From: a virus
Lineage: Duplodnaviria; Heunggongvirae; Uroviricota; Caudoviricetes
DNA: 64,000 nucleotides
IMG/VR virus record: IMGVR_UViG_3300011187_000002
Reading direction: 5' to 3' (one strand)
Part shown: piece by piece, positions 54,156 to 63,972 of the stretch
How positions within the stretch are numbered: the stretch's first letter is position 1
Layout of the letters: every line of letters begins with the position of its first letter
Notes under the pieces: model-generated
Seen by the model: the letters and a program-made list of their open reading frames with translations, nothing else
What the model was told of the DNA's origin: nothing
The model's database searches: none
Position numbers and translations under genes: made by a program

Positions 54156-56340
54156 CCATACTCTCGGCCAACCGCTCTGCTAGTAGAGTATTGCGTTTGG
54201 CGACTTCATCGTTGCGGACCGCCTTTTGGATGGCTTCCCAATCACCGAAAATGAACACCTTGCGCTTTGCTCTAGTCACAGCGGTATACAAAAGGTTTCT
54301 TTGAAGCTGGATCGAAAAGCCCTTGACAAATGGCATGACCACGTAATCGTACTCCATGCCCTGTGACTTGTGGATCGTGATACAGAAGGCCAGATTAAGC
54401 ATGTCCGGGGCCTCCTTGAACTCGATCGGGATGAGCTTGGTCTTACCAAAGTCCCGGATACGGATTTTGATTTGGGAATTTTTCGAGTCGATTTCCGTAA
54501 TCGTACCGATTTCCCCGTTGTAGACCCCTTTTTCATAGTCATTGGCCGTCACGATGATTCGGTCGCCTTCACGCAAACGTAAGCCTCCGCGCAACGTCGT
54601 CTCCCGCTGGTTTTCCAACGGGTTCAAAACTTCCCGGATACGCTGGTTGAGGTTGTTCACGCCGAGGTCGCTCTTCCATCGTGGGGACAGCACTTGGAAC
54701 GTGGCGTCTTTATCGACCTTCGCCTGAAGCCCCTGAATGACACGTAGAATGCCATCTACGATTTCTTCGTCACTGTCACGGGGGATGAACCTGAAATCGG
54801 TCTTGGGGTCTGTGGGGTCGCCTACACGGGGATCCTCGCCACGGTTAATACTGTGGGCGTTGAGGATGATATCGCTGGCTTCCTCTTGACGGAAAATCTG
54901 CGTCAGTTGGGTACGAGCAATCTGGCCAGATCGAATCAGTTCGTGCAACACGTTACCCGCACCAACCGAAGGCAACTGCGCATGGTCGCCGACAAATACG
55001 AGGATCGTCTCTTTCTTCAAGGCCGATAGCATCCGAAACATCACTTGCTGGTCGACCATTGAAAATTCGTCGACGATCACGGCGTCTACCGGGAGCATGT
55101 TGTTCCGGTTGTAAAGCCATTCGCTGCCCTCACCACGATAGCCCAAGGCCCGGTGGATCGTCGCTGCAGCCTCACCAACCACGTTCGATAGACGCTTGGC
55201 GGCAATACCGGTAGGCGACATCAACTGGACCGCGAGGTTTTGCTTCTTGAACAGGTCCATAATCGCTTTCGTGACCGTCGTCTTACCTGTGCCCGGAAGG
55301 CCAGTCAAAAGGATGACCTTGTGGTCCTTGAGCGATTCAATGGCTTGACGCTGTTCGGTGGAAAACTGAATCTTGTGGCTTTCTTCGTACATCGAAATGA
55401 AATCTTCGAGGTCCATTCGGAAATGGTCGTGTTCCCCCACAAAGGTCGATAGCAACTCCGCGCTGCGTTGTTCGTAGGTATGCAGGGGCGCTAGGTAAAT
55501 CTTACCCTTGTCCGTAACGATACGGTCACGGCTCTTGAGATCCTGAAGGGCCGTGCGTACATCTTCGGTGGTGAGCTTGCGCCCAAAATCTGTCACCTCG
55601 TTTCGCCGGATGAGGTAGTACACCTGATTGATAAGCTCGCTGGCTTCCAAATAGAGGTGCCCCGTACCGTTGGATGCGTTGTGTAGGGCGTACTCAATGC
55701 ACGCTCCGATGCGGAAGGTCGAATCAGGCTCTACACCAAGGGCAAGGGCCACGCGGTCCGCTATGACGAAACCAACGCCTCTGATTTCCATCAAGCGGTA
55801 CGGATTCTCTTCCACATTATTAACGGCGTCCGTTCCCCACTCGTCGTAAATGCGTTTGACCACACCATTAGGCAGGTCGAGATCCAACAGGTGGATAGCA
55901 ATTTCACGGTACTCGTTGTACTTGGCCCATTCTTTAGCAAGGTTGTCACGCTGGACCTTGTTGAGGTTGGACACCTCTTCGAGCCGTTCGGGATGGTTGG
56001 ACAAGACGTCAAGGGTATCGGTCCCGAAATGATTCACCAGCCGTTTGGCGGTTACGGGTCCAACACCGTGGACGTAGTTTTCCAGATACTTCTGAATCCC
56101 GTCGTTACTGTCGAGATCTCCGGGCACGAAAGCAGCGGCGTCGAAGGTGAGGCCATATTTCGTCTGTTCCCACTCACCTTCGAGCACCACCTCTTGGCCG
56201 GGGTAAGGCTTTTCGAAAAGGAAATTGCCTTTGGCCTTTTTCGGGCGTCGATTGTCGGTCGAGTCTTCCACCACGAATACGTAGAAATTCGATTCTTCGT
56301 TGGTGAAAATAACCCGCTTTACAGTGCCTCGTAATTCCAT
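54139..56340 (-). CDS. recD2: RecD2/TraA-family SF1B helicase
   Basis: N-terminal HhH, GLPGTGKTT, VDEFSM, GDHAQL, TIHKSQGMEY, YTAVTRA. Confidence 0.93.
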   Translation of the reverse strand: MELRGTVKRVIFTNEESNFYVFVVEDSTDNRRPKKAKGNFLFEKPYPGQEVVLEGEWEQTKYGLTFDAAAFVPGDLDSNDGIQKYLENYVHGVGPVTAKRLVNHFGTDTLDVLSNHPERLEEVSNLNKVQRDNLAKEWAKYNEYREIAIHLLDLDLPNGVVKRIYDEWGTDAVNNVEENPYRLMEIRGVGFVIADRVALALGVEPDSTFRIGACIEYALHNASNGTGHLYLEASELINQVYYLIRRNEVTDFGRKLTTEDVRTALQDLKSRDRIVTDKGKIYLAPLHTYEQRSAELLSTFVGEHDHFRMDLEDFISMYEESHKIQFSTEQRQAIESLKDHKVILLTGLPGTGKTTVTKAIMDLFKKQNLAVQLMSPTGIAAKRLSNVVGEAAATIHRALGYRGEGSEWLYNRNNMLPVDAVIVDEFSMVDQQVMFRMLSALKKETILVFVGDHAQLPSVGAGNVLHELIRSGQIARTQLTQIFRQEEASDIILNAHSINRGEDPRVGDPTDPKTDFRFIPRDSDEEIVDGILRVIQGLQAKVDKDATFQVLSPRWKSDLGVNNLNQRIREVLNPLENQRETTLRGGLRLREGDRIIVTANDYEKGVYNGEIGTITEIDSKNSQIKIRIRDFGKTKLIPIEFKEAPDMLNLAFCITIHKSQGMEYDYVVMPFVKGFSIQLQRNLLYTAVTRAKRKVFIFGDWEAIQKAVRNDEVAKRNTLLAERLAESMDELDS

Positions 56341-56355
56341 TCGTATGCCTATGCC

Positions 56356-58281
56356 TTACATCATGTTGTAGAGTTCGTTCTCGGAAATGATGGGAACACC
56401 ATACTTCCGAGCCTTCGCAGCTTTGCTTGACGACGTATTAGGATCGGCGGCGACCAGATAGTCAGTCGACTGCGCCATCCCCTTCACTGTACCACCTGCG
56501 TCCTGAATGTCACGCTTAATGTGAGCGCGGGGCTTGGACATGGCTCCAGTCAGGGTGATGCGCTTGCCCTTGAGGTTGCCTTCACGCTTCTTGATGGTCA
56601 CGTAATTCCGATCGAGCAACTGCCTCAGAACCGGTTCACGGTCCTTGATACCTTTCGTGAATGCAAGCGCCGTGGCCTCACCGATACCGTCGATGTAAGT
56701 GAGTTCGGTAGCATAAGCCGTCGTGAGCTTGTCCACCGTATCGTATCCGGCCTGCATGAACTTTTGCACCGTGCGATTACGGATTCCTTCGATACCAAGG
56801 CCGCCGATAAGGGCGTCCAGAGTGACCTCCGAATTCTTCACAAGCTGCTCGATAAGGCTGGTAGCTGTGCTACGCCCCACGACCGCCCCATTGGACTTCT
56901 GAAGGTCTTTCAAGTCGGAAACGGACAGGCGATAAAGGTCGTCGACATCTTCGACCAGACCCTGTTTGACGACTTCCTCGATGATGAAATCGCCCCATTC
57001 CAGAATCGAAATGGATTCGATCCACTGCTTGATACGTCCCGCTGCCGATGCCGGGCAAACCGTTCCGCCCGTGCAAACGACGTATTCGCCTTCCGACTTG
57101 GTTTTGCTACCACAAGAGGGGCACTGCGTCGGTGCCGTAAGGTAGCCCACGCTTTTCTTGGAAATCAATTTCTCGACGCGGGGGATAACATCGTTGGCCC
57201 GCTTGACCATAATCTGGTCGTCGATGTTGAGATTCATTTCCCGGATGTAGCTGCTGTTGTACAGGCTGGCCCTGCGGACTTCCGCACCGGCCAGATCCAC
57301 CGGATCGAATTCAGCGACCGGAGTGATGCGGCCCGTGTTACCCGTCTGCCACACGACGTTTCGAAGCGTCGTAATAGCACCCTCAGCGGCGAACTTCAAA
57401 GCCACGGCCCCATAAGGGTTGCCACTACGCTCCCCGGCCCTCTTGAAGTGTGTGGACTTCTGGAGGCGAATCACAAGCCCGTCGATGTCGTAGTTCAACT
57501 CGTCACGGAGCGTGTTTTCGTACTCCTGATAGATGGTTTCCAGACCCGCACGACCGAAACCGTGGTTGGGAACCTTCAATCCCAACTCCGTCTTGATGAA
57601 AAAGAACTTTTCCTCGTCATCTTCGAATTCCAGTCCCCGGCTGGCGACGTCGTAGCACATGACCGTCAGGTGCTGGCACCCTTGCGCCTTGTCCCGACTT
57701 TCCCGCTTGGCGATACCAGCGGCGGCATTGCGTGGGTTGGCGTAGTCCGGGAAATGGGTCCTCCACATGTCATGGGTGAGTACGATTTCGCCCCGGATCG
57801 AACCGGTAAGGGCGTGCGGCAGCTTGCGCTTGACGCCGCGCATCATCACGACATTGGCGAGGATATCTTCGCCCACGAAACCATCACCACGGGTGATAGC
57901 GCTAACGAGGTTGCCATTTTCGTAGTTCAAAGAGATGCTGATACCGTCCAGCTTCTCCGACCAGCTAAGAAGGCCGCTGGCGGGTACTTTCGTGGGCTGA
58001 AGGGTCGTTGACACCGAGGCAAACCAATCACGCAAAGCCGTGATGCTGTTGACTTTGTTGAGGCTGGTCATCGCCATCTGGTGGCGCATCTTGGACCATT
58101 TGGTTTTACCAGAAGGGGCCGCCCCTACGGACGTAAGGAGGTCATTGTCGGGATCCAACCGCCGAAGCTCATCTTCCAGAGCATCGTACACATCATCTTC
58201 AACGAGCGGATTGTCGTTGTAGTAGGCTTCGCGGTACTCAGCGAGTTTTCCCTCTAGCTCATGGATCCTTTCCTTCGACAT
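56356..58281 (-). CDS. ligA: NAD-dependent DNA ligase
   Basis: SEKLDG (KxDG), TRGDG..GED, NPRNAAAG, Zn finger CPSC..C..C, BRCT. Confidence 0.95.
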   Translation of the reverse strand: MSKERIHELEGKLAEYREAYYNDNPLVEDDVYDALEDELRRLDPDNDLLTSVGAAPSGKTKWSKMRHQMAMTSLNKVNSITALRDWFASVSTTLQPTKVPASGLLSWSEKLDGISISLNYENGNLVSAITRGDGFVGEDILANVVMMRGVKRKLPHALTGSIRGEIVLTHDMWRTHFPDYANPRNAAAGIAKRESRDKAQGCQHLTVMCYDVASRGLEFEDDEEKFFFIKTELGLKVPNHGFGRAGLETIYQEYENTLRDELNYDIDGLVIRLQKSTHFKRAGERSGNPYGAVALKFAAEGAITTLRNVVWQTGNTGRITPVAEFDPVDLAGAEVRRASLYNSSYIREMNLNIDDQIMVKRANDVIPRVEKLISKKSVGYLTAPTQCPSCGSKTKSEGEYVVCTGGTVCPASAAGRIKQWIESISILEWGDFIIEEVVKQGLVEDVDDLYRLSVSDLKDLQKSNGAVVGRSTATSLIEQLVKNSEVTLDALIGGLGIEGIRNRTVQKFMQAGYDTVDKLTTAYATELTYIDGIGEATALAFTKGIKDREPVLRQLLDRNYVTIKKREGNLKGKRITLTGAMSKPRAHIKRDIQDAGGTVKGMAQSTDYLVAADPNTSSSKAAKARKYGVPIISENELYNMM

Positions 58282-58501
58282 TTTCGGCTCCTCGTTGCAA
58301 TAAATTCTGAAGGTGTTCGGCTTCTTTGAGATCCACCGTCGTAAGGCGAATCTCCTTGTTTTTATATTCGTCCAGAACGTCGTCGAGACGCTCTTCGGTT
58401 CCGTCGTAAGTTTCAATCAACCAGCCGTCCTCGCTCTTCCGTAGGACGCCCTCTAGAACATACCCTAACTGCGAGCCTTCGTCAAAAGAAATCTTGCTCA
58501 T
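58259..58501 (-). CDS. Hypothetical protein
   Basis: SD GGAGG; overlaps the ligA start. Confidence 0.7.
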   Translation of the reverse strand: MSKISFDEGSQLGYVLEGVLRKSEDGWLIETYDGTEERLDDVLDEYKNKEIRLTTVDLKEAEHLQNLLQRGAENVEGKDP

Positions 58502-58693
58502 GGCACCTCCAATTCTTCAAAAACGCAAATCAATCGGTTCATCGTTGGATCCTGTAGGTGATATATGAACCTCTGGAGCTATCCCGATCCACTACAGCAA
58601 TGCCTGTATCGTTCATGCCCTTGAAAAACCCGGACTTACATGCGTAAGGATAACCAAAGAGCATCCCCTCCTTCCCAGAAGGGGACACCCCGC

Positions 58694-59221
58694 TTACCGT
58701 GAAGCCACAGACTTTTTGCGGAGCGTCTCTTTGTCTTGTGGTGGGCGAGACATTCCTCGGTGGGCATTACCAATCTTTTCTTTTACCCGATCAAGATGCG
58801 ATACATTAGCCACCCCATACTTTTCCTGCACCACTTCCCGGATCTTGTCTTGGGTTTTGTCAAGTGAAAATCCTGCATTCTTTCCACTACATTGGTACGA
58901 ACAGTAACTGAGGGGTGAACCCCTTTTGAACCCTACGGGATCACCGCATTCATCACAAATAGGCTGGCCGTGGTTTTCGATGTACTTTGTTTCACGCCAT
59001 TCAAAGGATCTATGACCCGTGGCGTACTTACGAAAAGAGCCTCGATAGAAATTGGGCCGCTCTTCACAGTACCCGCATTTGCATCGAGGCTCTTTGCCGT
59101 TGTATTCAGTCAAGATCACATAATCTGCAAGGGACAAATCATGCTCATCCCCCAAATGACGTGTCAATTGACCGGCTTTGTTGTTCTTGAATTCTGAGCT
59201 ACAGATTTCGCATTGGATCAT
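58694..59221 (-). pseudogene. Homing-endonuclease-type DNA-binding module (Zn fingers, KYGV repeat, NUMOD3-like) with no nuclease domain
   Basis: CEIC..H...H, CKCG.C, CDEC, CSYQC, EKYGVANVS, KEKIGNAHRG; stops immediately afterwards. Confidence 0.6.
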
Positions 59222-59222
59222 G

Positions 59223-59280
59223 ATCCAACCACTACTGGAGGTTAAAGGTGTACCAATAGTGGTTGGATACCAAAGGATTA
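59223..59280 (-). promoter_or_regulatory. RBS-occluding hairpin with overlapping late-promoter-like motif
   Basis: 16-bp stem AUCCAACCACUAUUGG/CCAGUAGUGGUUGGAU ends 1 nt before AUG; TAATCCTTTGGTA at 59268-80. Confidence 0.6.
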
Positions 59281-59284
59281 TCAA

Positions 59285-62050
59285 TCAACCACAACCGCTG
59301 TGTCCACAAGACCGGCAAGCACTGCAGCCACTTTCAAATATGATATCATCTGATCCACAACTCGGACACTCAGCATTCGTGGCTTTCGTACCGTCCAAAA
59401 TGTGCTCCGTGAGGAACTGACGAACAGCAGTCAAGGTAGTGGCGATATAGTCGCCTTCGATATCACTGATTGAAGCCACGATATCCGGGAGCGAGATATT
59501 GTGTCGCATCGCCATCGAAATGACCTTGCCCAGCTTCACGTGATACGCATCCTCATGGAGCTTATCGACTTGATCTAGCACGAGGTCCTGCGACACGCCC
59601 TTTGCCAACAGGAGCTTTGTGACGGCCCTGAAAGCCCGGTTCATGGTAACGTATTCGCCCGTTTCATACGAATTGCTGTGAATCCACAGAGCCACGGGGT
59701 TAACCAGATCGTTCGGCAAGTATGACAAATGCATGTAATACTTATTGCCTTCACGACGGATCGTGTGCGTAGGCCCGTTCGAAAATTCGTCAGGCAGTTT
59801 CACATCCTTTACCACCACGCTTTCATCAGTGATCTCCGCATCTTCGGGCGTGCATCCATACTCAATCAGCGAAAGGAGCAGCTCACCACTTTGCTTCGGG
59901 GCACCACTTTCTTCGCCGGTGGAAAGCACTGACTCCATTGTTCCCGCCCTGTACGTCGTGAATCCGACAAGACCAGCTTTCCATGAATCCATGTAAAGCT
60001 GCTTGAAATCATCAAAGGGGTACTCCTCGGGGACGTTGGCGGTCTTTGAAACGCTCTGATCACACGACTCTTGCACTTTCGCTTGCATGTAGACATGCTC
60101 CCGGACCGGCAAATCCTGTGCGGTCACGAGATAATCATCACCCTCTTCAAGGGCTTCCGGGAAATGCTCCTTGAGCCATGAATAGCCATAGTCCTCTACG
60201 GGGTCGATGAAACAAAGCCCCCGGTTGTGCGGCTCATAGTACCAGATACGACCTTCGTACTCGCCCCTCCAAGCAACCGCGTCTCCCACTTCGATTTCGT
60301 CAAGAATGTCCTTGACGTTATCTTGTGTCAGACCTTCGGGCCAGGCCGACGCGATCATCGTGCGCTCGTAACCATGCGCGAAAACCGGCTCGATGCCGTT
60401 AGACACCATGTCACAGATAATCGAACTGTTGCCCAGCGGCGGGTTCGTCAGGCGCTTGGCATTGCGTACACCGTACTTACGAACCAACTCAATCGTATCT
60501 TCCGAAGCCGTACAGACGTTTTTGAAATACGGCGTTTCCAGATACCGCTCGTCGTACATCGGGAACGGACCCTTCTCCTTCGCCAGCAATGCCGAAGCCC
60601 TAAGCGTCACTTCGTCTTTGATCCGATGGATCTCATCAATGAAATCCGCAGCCTCATCGGTACCATAACGGATCCCCAGCATATACATACTGGACCCTAG
60701 CCCGTTGACGCCCATACCAAACTGGCGGATCTGAGATACCGCCCATTCGTAAGCCGGAAGAGGTACCGTACCCGTGTCGTTGACGTTATCCAGCATCCGG
60801 GTAAAGACTTCAATCGTTTCTGCATAGCCTTCGTAATCGAAAGTACGGTCGTCCGTAATGAACTGCGTCAGGTTGATCGAACCCAGCAAACAAACGGTCG
60901 TGAACCCTAGCAAGTGGTCGTCCCACTCTTCCATGTAAGGCTTGAGGTACTCCGCTGGCTGATACCCTTGGTCCATGAACGACGTGCCGGGGATTTCACC
61001 GCATGGGTTTGAAGCGCTGACGGGTCCAAGATAAATCAGGGGGTTGTTCCGGTTCATGTTATCGAAATACATGATGCCCGGCTCATTCCGGTTGTACGTG
61101 GACTCCATGATCAGATCGTATAGATCACGTGCCTTGACCCGCTTGTAAGTTTTCCCGTTGAAATGGAGGTCATAGAAATCATCCGCTTGCACGGCTTCCA
61201 TGAACGCATCGTCAACCATCACGCTGATATTGAACTTGGTCAGGCGGCCCGCCTCCTGTTTGGCGCGGACGAACTCTTCAACATCCGGGTGCCATACCGG
61301 AAGGATAGCCATCATAGCACCTTTACGGGGCTGGGCTTTTTCCACCCGATCCTTAACCGCCTCCTCAAAGTGGTTGACGATCTGGTCTTCATAACCGTCG
61401 TTATCCCCCTTGACGATCATACCGCTCATTTTATCCCATAGCTCCATGTAACTGACAACGCCGGGGTGACGGATGCCGACACCACCGATGAAAGAGCCAC
61501 GCGGACGGATGAAACCGAAATTCATCCCGTATCCACCTTCGGACTTGAGCGTTTCGGCGGCCTCAAGCAGCGAAAGGAAAATGTTGGTCAGGTTGTCGGG
61601 TGTCTCTTCGGTGTCGAGGCTGCAGTCAATCACCGCATCCGAATTGGGAACGCGCTTGCTGTAATTGATCTTGGCGTTGGACACCGGGCTGTTGATAAAG
61701 CAGTTCCAAACGGTAGCTTTATCGAAATCCGTACCGGCGTTCGCTGTGATGCGGCCCGCTGGTGTAGCCTTCATACCCACAGCACGATAGGTCTGACCCG
61801 TGATCTCGCTCGTATACAGGTCTTCGTCGTCCTTTGAATACTGTGAACCAACCGGAAGCGGCTCGAACTTCACAAGGGTCTTTAGGTAGCGGTCATACCA
61901 CTCTTCAACCTCTTGATCACTGGCACCATACTGGCGCTCTACCTCTGCAATTGACCGTGCCACACGCTTGTAGGTTTCAAGCGCTGTTTCACCATCATAC
62001 TGATACTTGGAAGCCCAATTTTCGCGGGCCAATCGGGTGTTAAAAATCAT
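59285..62050 (-). CDS. nrdJ: Class II (adenosylcobalamin-dependent) ribonucleotide reductase
   Basis: PAGR, NCF, EGGYG, SNPCGEI, CLLGSINL, NGIEP, SVSKT; C-terminal CPSC...C..C; no ATP cone. Confidence 0.9.
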   Translation of the reverse strand: MIFNTRLARENWASKYQYDGETALETYKRVARSIAEVERQYGASDQEVEEWYDRYLKTLVKFEPLPVGSQYSKDDEDLYTSEITGQTYRAVGMKATPAGRITANAGTDFDKATVWNCFINSPVSNAKINYSKRVPNSDAVIDCSLDTEETPDNLTNIFLSLLEAAETLKSEGGYGMNFGFIRPRGSFIGGVGIRHPGVVSYMELWDKMSGMIVKGDNDGYEDQIVNHFEEAVKDRVEKAQPRKGAMMAILPVWHPDVEEFVRAKQEAGRLTKFNISVMVDDAFMEAVQADDFYDLHFNGKTYKRVKARDLYDLIMESTYNRNEPGIMYFDNMNRNNPLIYLGPVSASNPCGEIPGTSFMDQGYQPAEYLKPYMEEWDDHLLGFTTVCLLGSINLTQFITDDRTFDYEGYAETIEVFTRMLDNVNDTGTVPLPAYEWAVSQIRQFGMGVNGLGSSMYMLGIRYGTDEAADFIDEIHRIKDEVTLRASALLAKEKGPFPMYDERYLETPYFKNVCTASEDTIELVRKYGVRNAKRLTNPPLGNSSIICDMVSNGIEPVFAHGYERTMIASAWPEGLTQDNVKDILDEIEVGDAVAWRGEYEGRIWYYEPHNRGLCFIDPVEDYGYSWLKEHFPEALEEGDDYLVTAQDLPVREHVYMQAKVQESCDQSVSKTANVPEEYPFDDFKQLYMDSWKAGLVGFTTYRAGTMESVLSTGEESGAPKQSGELLLSLIEYGCTPEDAEITDESVVVKDVKLPDEFSNGPTHTIRREGNKYYMHLSYLPNDLVNPVALWIHSNSYETGEYVTMNRAFRAVTKLLLAKGVSQDLVLDQVDKLHEDAYHVKLGKVISMAMRHNISLPDIVASISDIEGDYIATTLTAVRQFLTEHILDGTKATNAECPSCGSDDIIFESGCSACRSCGHSGCG

Positions 62051-62053
62051 GAA

Positions 62054-63013
62054 TTACTCCTCAAAGTCTTGACTAAGAAACCAGTTGATTAACAGGGGAC
62101 CGTTTTTCCCGCGCTTGGCCATAGATTCAATTTCGCACATCTGACGATACGCTTTTCGCAACTGCTTGAGGTTCCAATGAACCGATTGCCGATGCAACTG
62201 GTCGTAGACGTAGTGGGAAATTCCCATCAGGCTGCATACATCGTTTTTGCTGAACTCGCTCTTGAAATAGGACTCGAAAAGAATGAGCTTTTCGATCTGC
62301 CCCAAAAACATCGAAATCAGCGGGAGACACGCATAGATGTCTGTGGACTGGTGAAAGTAAATGGTGGCCATTCGAAGGGCCGTCGACATTTGCTTTGCAC
62401 CCCACGCCTTCAAAACGTTGAAGGGGTTGATCGTTTTGTGTTGGACCAGAACCGAAGTGATATCCTTGGGCGTGATGGTCGTTCGATCGCCCATATTCAA
62501 AAACACCTTTTCCATCTCATTCGATAAAGCGTAAAGGTCGTCCCCTACGTTCGCATGGATGTTTTCGGCGTAACCCTCATCGAGGTTGAAACCCCGCCTC
62601 CGGCAATACGACACCACCCAATCCTTGTATTCCCAAGGCTTGGGCGAAACACACTTGACCTTTTCGTCGCATTTGAGCTTTCCAAACCACTTCGGCTTAC
62701 GTCCACCCGAAGCGATCAAAATCACCACGTGATTAGGGTTGGGATCTTTACAGTACCGCTCCAAAAAACCCGAATCATCCACCCAGTTTGCATCCCGGAT
62801 CATGATCAGCTTTTTGGTCGGAATGAGGGAACCCTCAAAGAGGTGGTTGCGGATCGCATTATCCGAATCAATCCCCGCCCATACAAGAACGGAGCTATAC
62901 CCGTCAAGGGTACGCTTGGCTGATTCAGTGATTTGGTCCTTGAAATATTCTTCGGAACCGTCAACCACAACAACGGAGGGCTCATCTGTCCAGTCAATCG
63001 TAGGCGTTTTCAT
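62054..63013 (-). CDS. holA: DNA polymerase III delta subunit
   Basis: VVVDGSE.YF, SLIPTKKLIMI, DLYALSNEMEK, INPFNVLKA. Confidence 0.8.
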   Translation of the reverse strand: MKTPTIDWTDEPSVVVVDGSEEYFKDQITESAKRTLDGYSSVLVWAGIDSDNAIRNHLFEGSLIPTKKLIMIRDANWVDDSGFLERYCKDPNPNHVVILIASGGRKPKWFGKLKCDEKVKCVSPKPWEYKDWVVSYCRRRGFNLDEGYAENIHANVGDDLYALSNEMEKVFLNMGDRTTITPKDITSVLVQHKTINPFNVLKAWGAKQMSTALRMATIYFHQSTDIYACLPLISMFLGQIEKLILFESYFKSEFSKNDVCSLMGISHYVYDQLHRQSVHWNLKQLRKAYRQMCEIESMAKRGKNGPLLINWFLSQDFEE

Positions 63014-63972
63014 GTTCTAAATTCGTCTTTGAGATCCAACAGTACGCTCTTCACGTGGTGGTCAAGCGCAATCGGGTCCTCTTGTCGATGACGCACAGCG
63101 CGTACTAAAGAGAACGCATTAAAGCATTTTGGACCAAAACGATTTTTCAGACCAGAAAGTTGTCCTAAAATGTCTTGATTTTGCACGAAATCTGTCAGGT
63201 CGCGCTCCACCAAACACAGGTCGGAAAGCAAGACATACAGGGTTTCCAAAAACTCGCCGATCTGATCCGAATATTCATTGACTTTCGTGATCACCCGGAA
63301 ATCTTTGATGTGTGGGTATTCGCAAAGGAGCGACAACACGTCGTTGCGCAACTGAAGTCCCTCGCCCTCCAGAAAATAGAGTGTCTTGCTTATGCTCCCA
63401 CCACCGAGACGTACCGCATGATCTACGCTAGCGCCCCGATGCCCTTTACTTTCGAGGACGCTCCGCACAGCATCGTCGGACAAGGCCCCGAAATAAAAGT
63501 CAAGCGACCGGCTAACCAGCGTAGGTACCAGCGCGGTCTTCGACGTCGATAGCAAAATGAAAAGGGTGTTTTCCCGCCCATCTTCGAGCGTCTTGAGCAA
63601 CGCATCGGCGGCTTTTATCCCAAGCCGCTGTGCATCGTTCAGGAGGAACACCCGCACGTTACCTTCCATGCGGGAGCGATTGGATTCGTTAATGAGATCA
63701 CGCACTTGGTCGATCTTGAAGGTCTTACCATCCGGCACATAGTCCATGATATCCAGATGGTTGCCGCTCTCGATCTTGTGGCAAGAGGCGCAAGAGCACC
63801 CGGCTTTGCGAGTGCCCGTACAGTTGAGTCTCTTAGCGACTTCGAGTGCCGTAGTTCGTTTACCTACGCCCTCGGGTCCGTGAAAAAGGAGGCAAGATGG
63901 GAGATCCCCCGTCTCGATGAGCCTTTGCAAATAATCTGTGATTTGGCCGTGGCCGAAAATATTCGTAAACAT
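63010..63972 (-). CDS. holB: DNA polymerase III delta-prime subunit
   Basis: IFGH, FHGPEGVGK, CSC.SC, NHLD, KIDQVRDL, ADALLKTLED, TLVSRS. Confidence 0.9.
   Translation of the reverse strand: MFTNIFGHGQITDYLQRLIETGDLPSCLLFHGPEGVGKRTTALEVAKRLNCTGTRKAGCSCASCHKIESGNHLDIMDYVPDGKTFKIDQVRDLINESNRSRMEGNVRVFLLNDAQRLGIKAADALLKTLEDGRENTLFILLSTSKTALVPTLVSRSLDFYFGALSDDAVRSVLESKGHRGASVDHAVRLGGGSISKTLYFLEGEGLQLRNDVLSLLCEYPHIKDFRVITKVNEYSDQIGEFLETLYVLLSDLCLVERDLTDFVQNQDILGQLSGLKNRFGPKCFNAFSLVRAVRHRQEDPIALDHHVKSVLLDLKDEFRT

Noticed and set aside
56521-58011. 496-aa plus-strand ORF
   Set aside because: Exact antisense shadow of ligA with no motifs or RBS; arises from codon bias on the coding strand.
37791-58416. 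Long N-terminal extensions in the ORF track (nusG 38552, ligA 58416, dnaN 45589, sbcC-C 44143, 41877, 40408)
   Set aside because: They overlap upstream genes; downstream ATGs coupled to stops or with an SD match the family N-termini.
58529-58658. 41-codon minus-strand ORF (MLFGYPYACK...) after AAGGAGG
   Set aside because: It has a good SD but no recognisable content, and it does not supply a nuclease motif for the truncated endonuclease; left uncalled.
59285-62050. Intein or intron in nrdJ (also checked terL, recA, ligA)
   Set aside because: The ORFs are continuous, near normal size, and lack C...HN intein termini.
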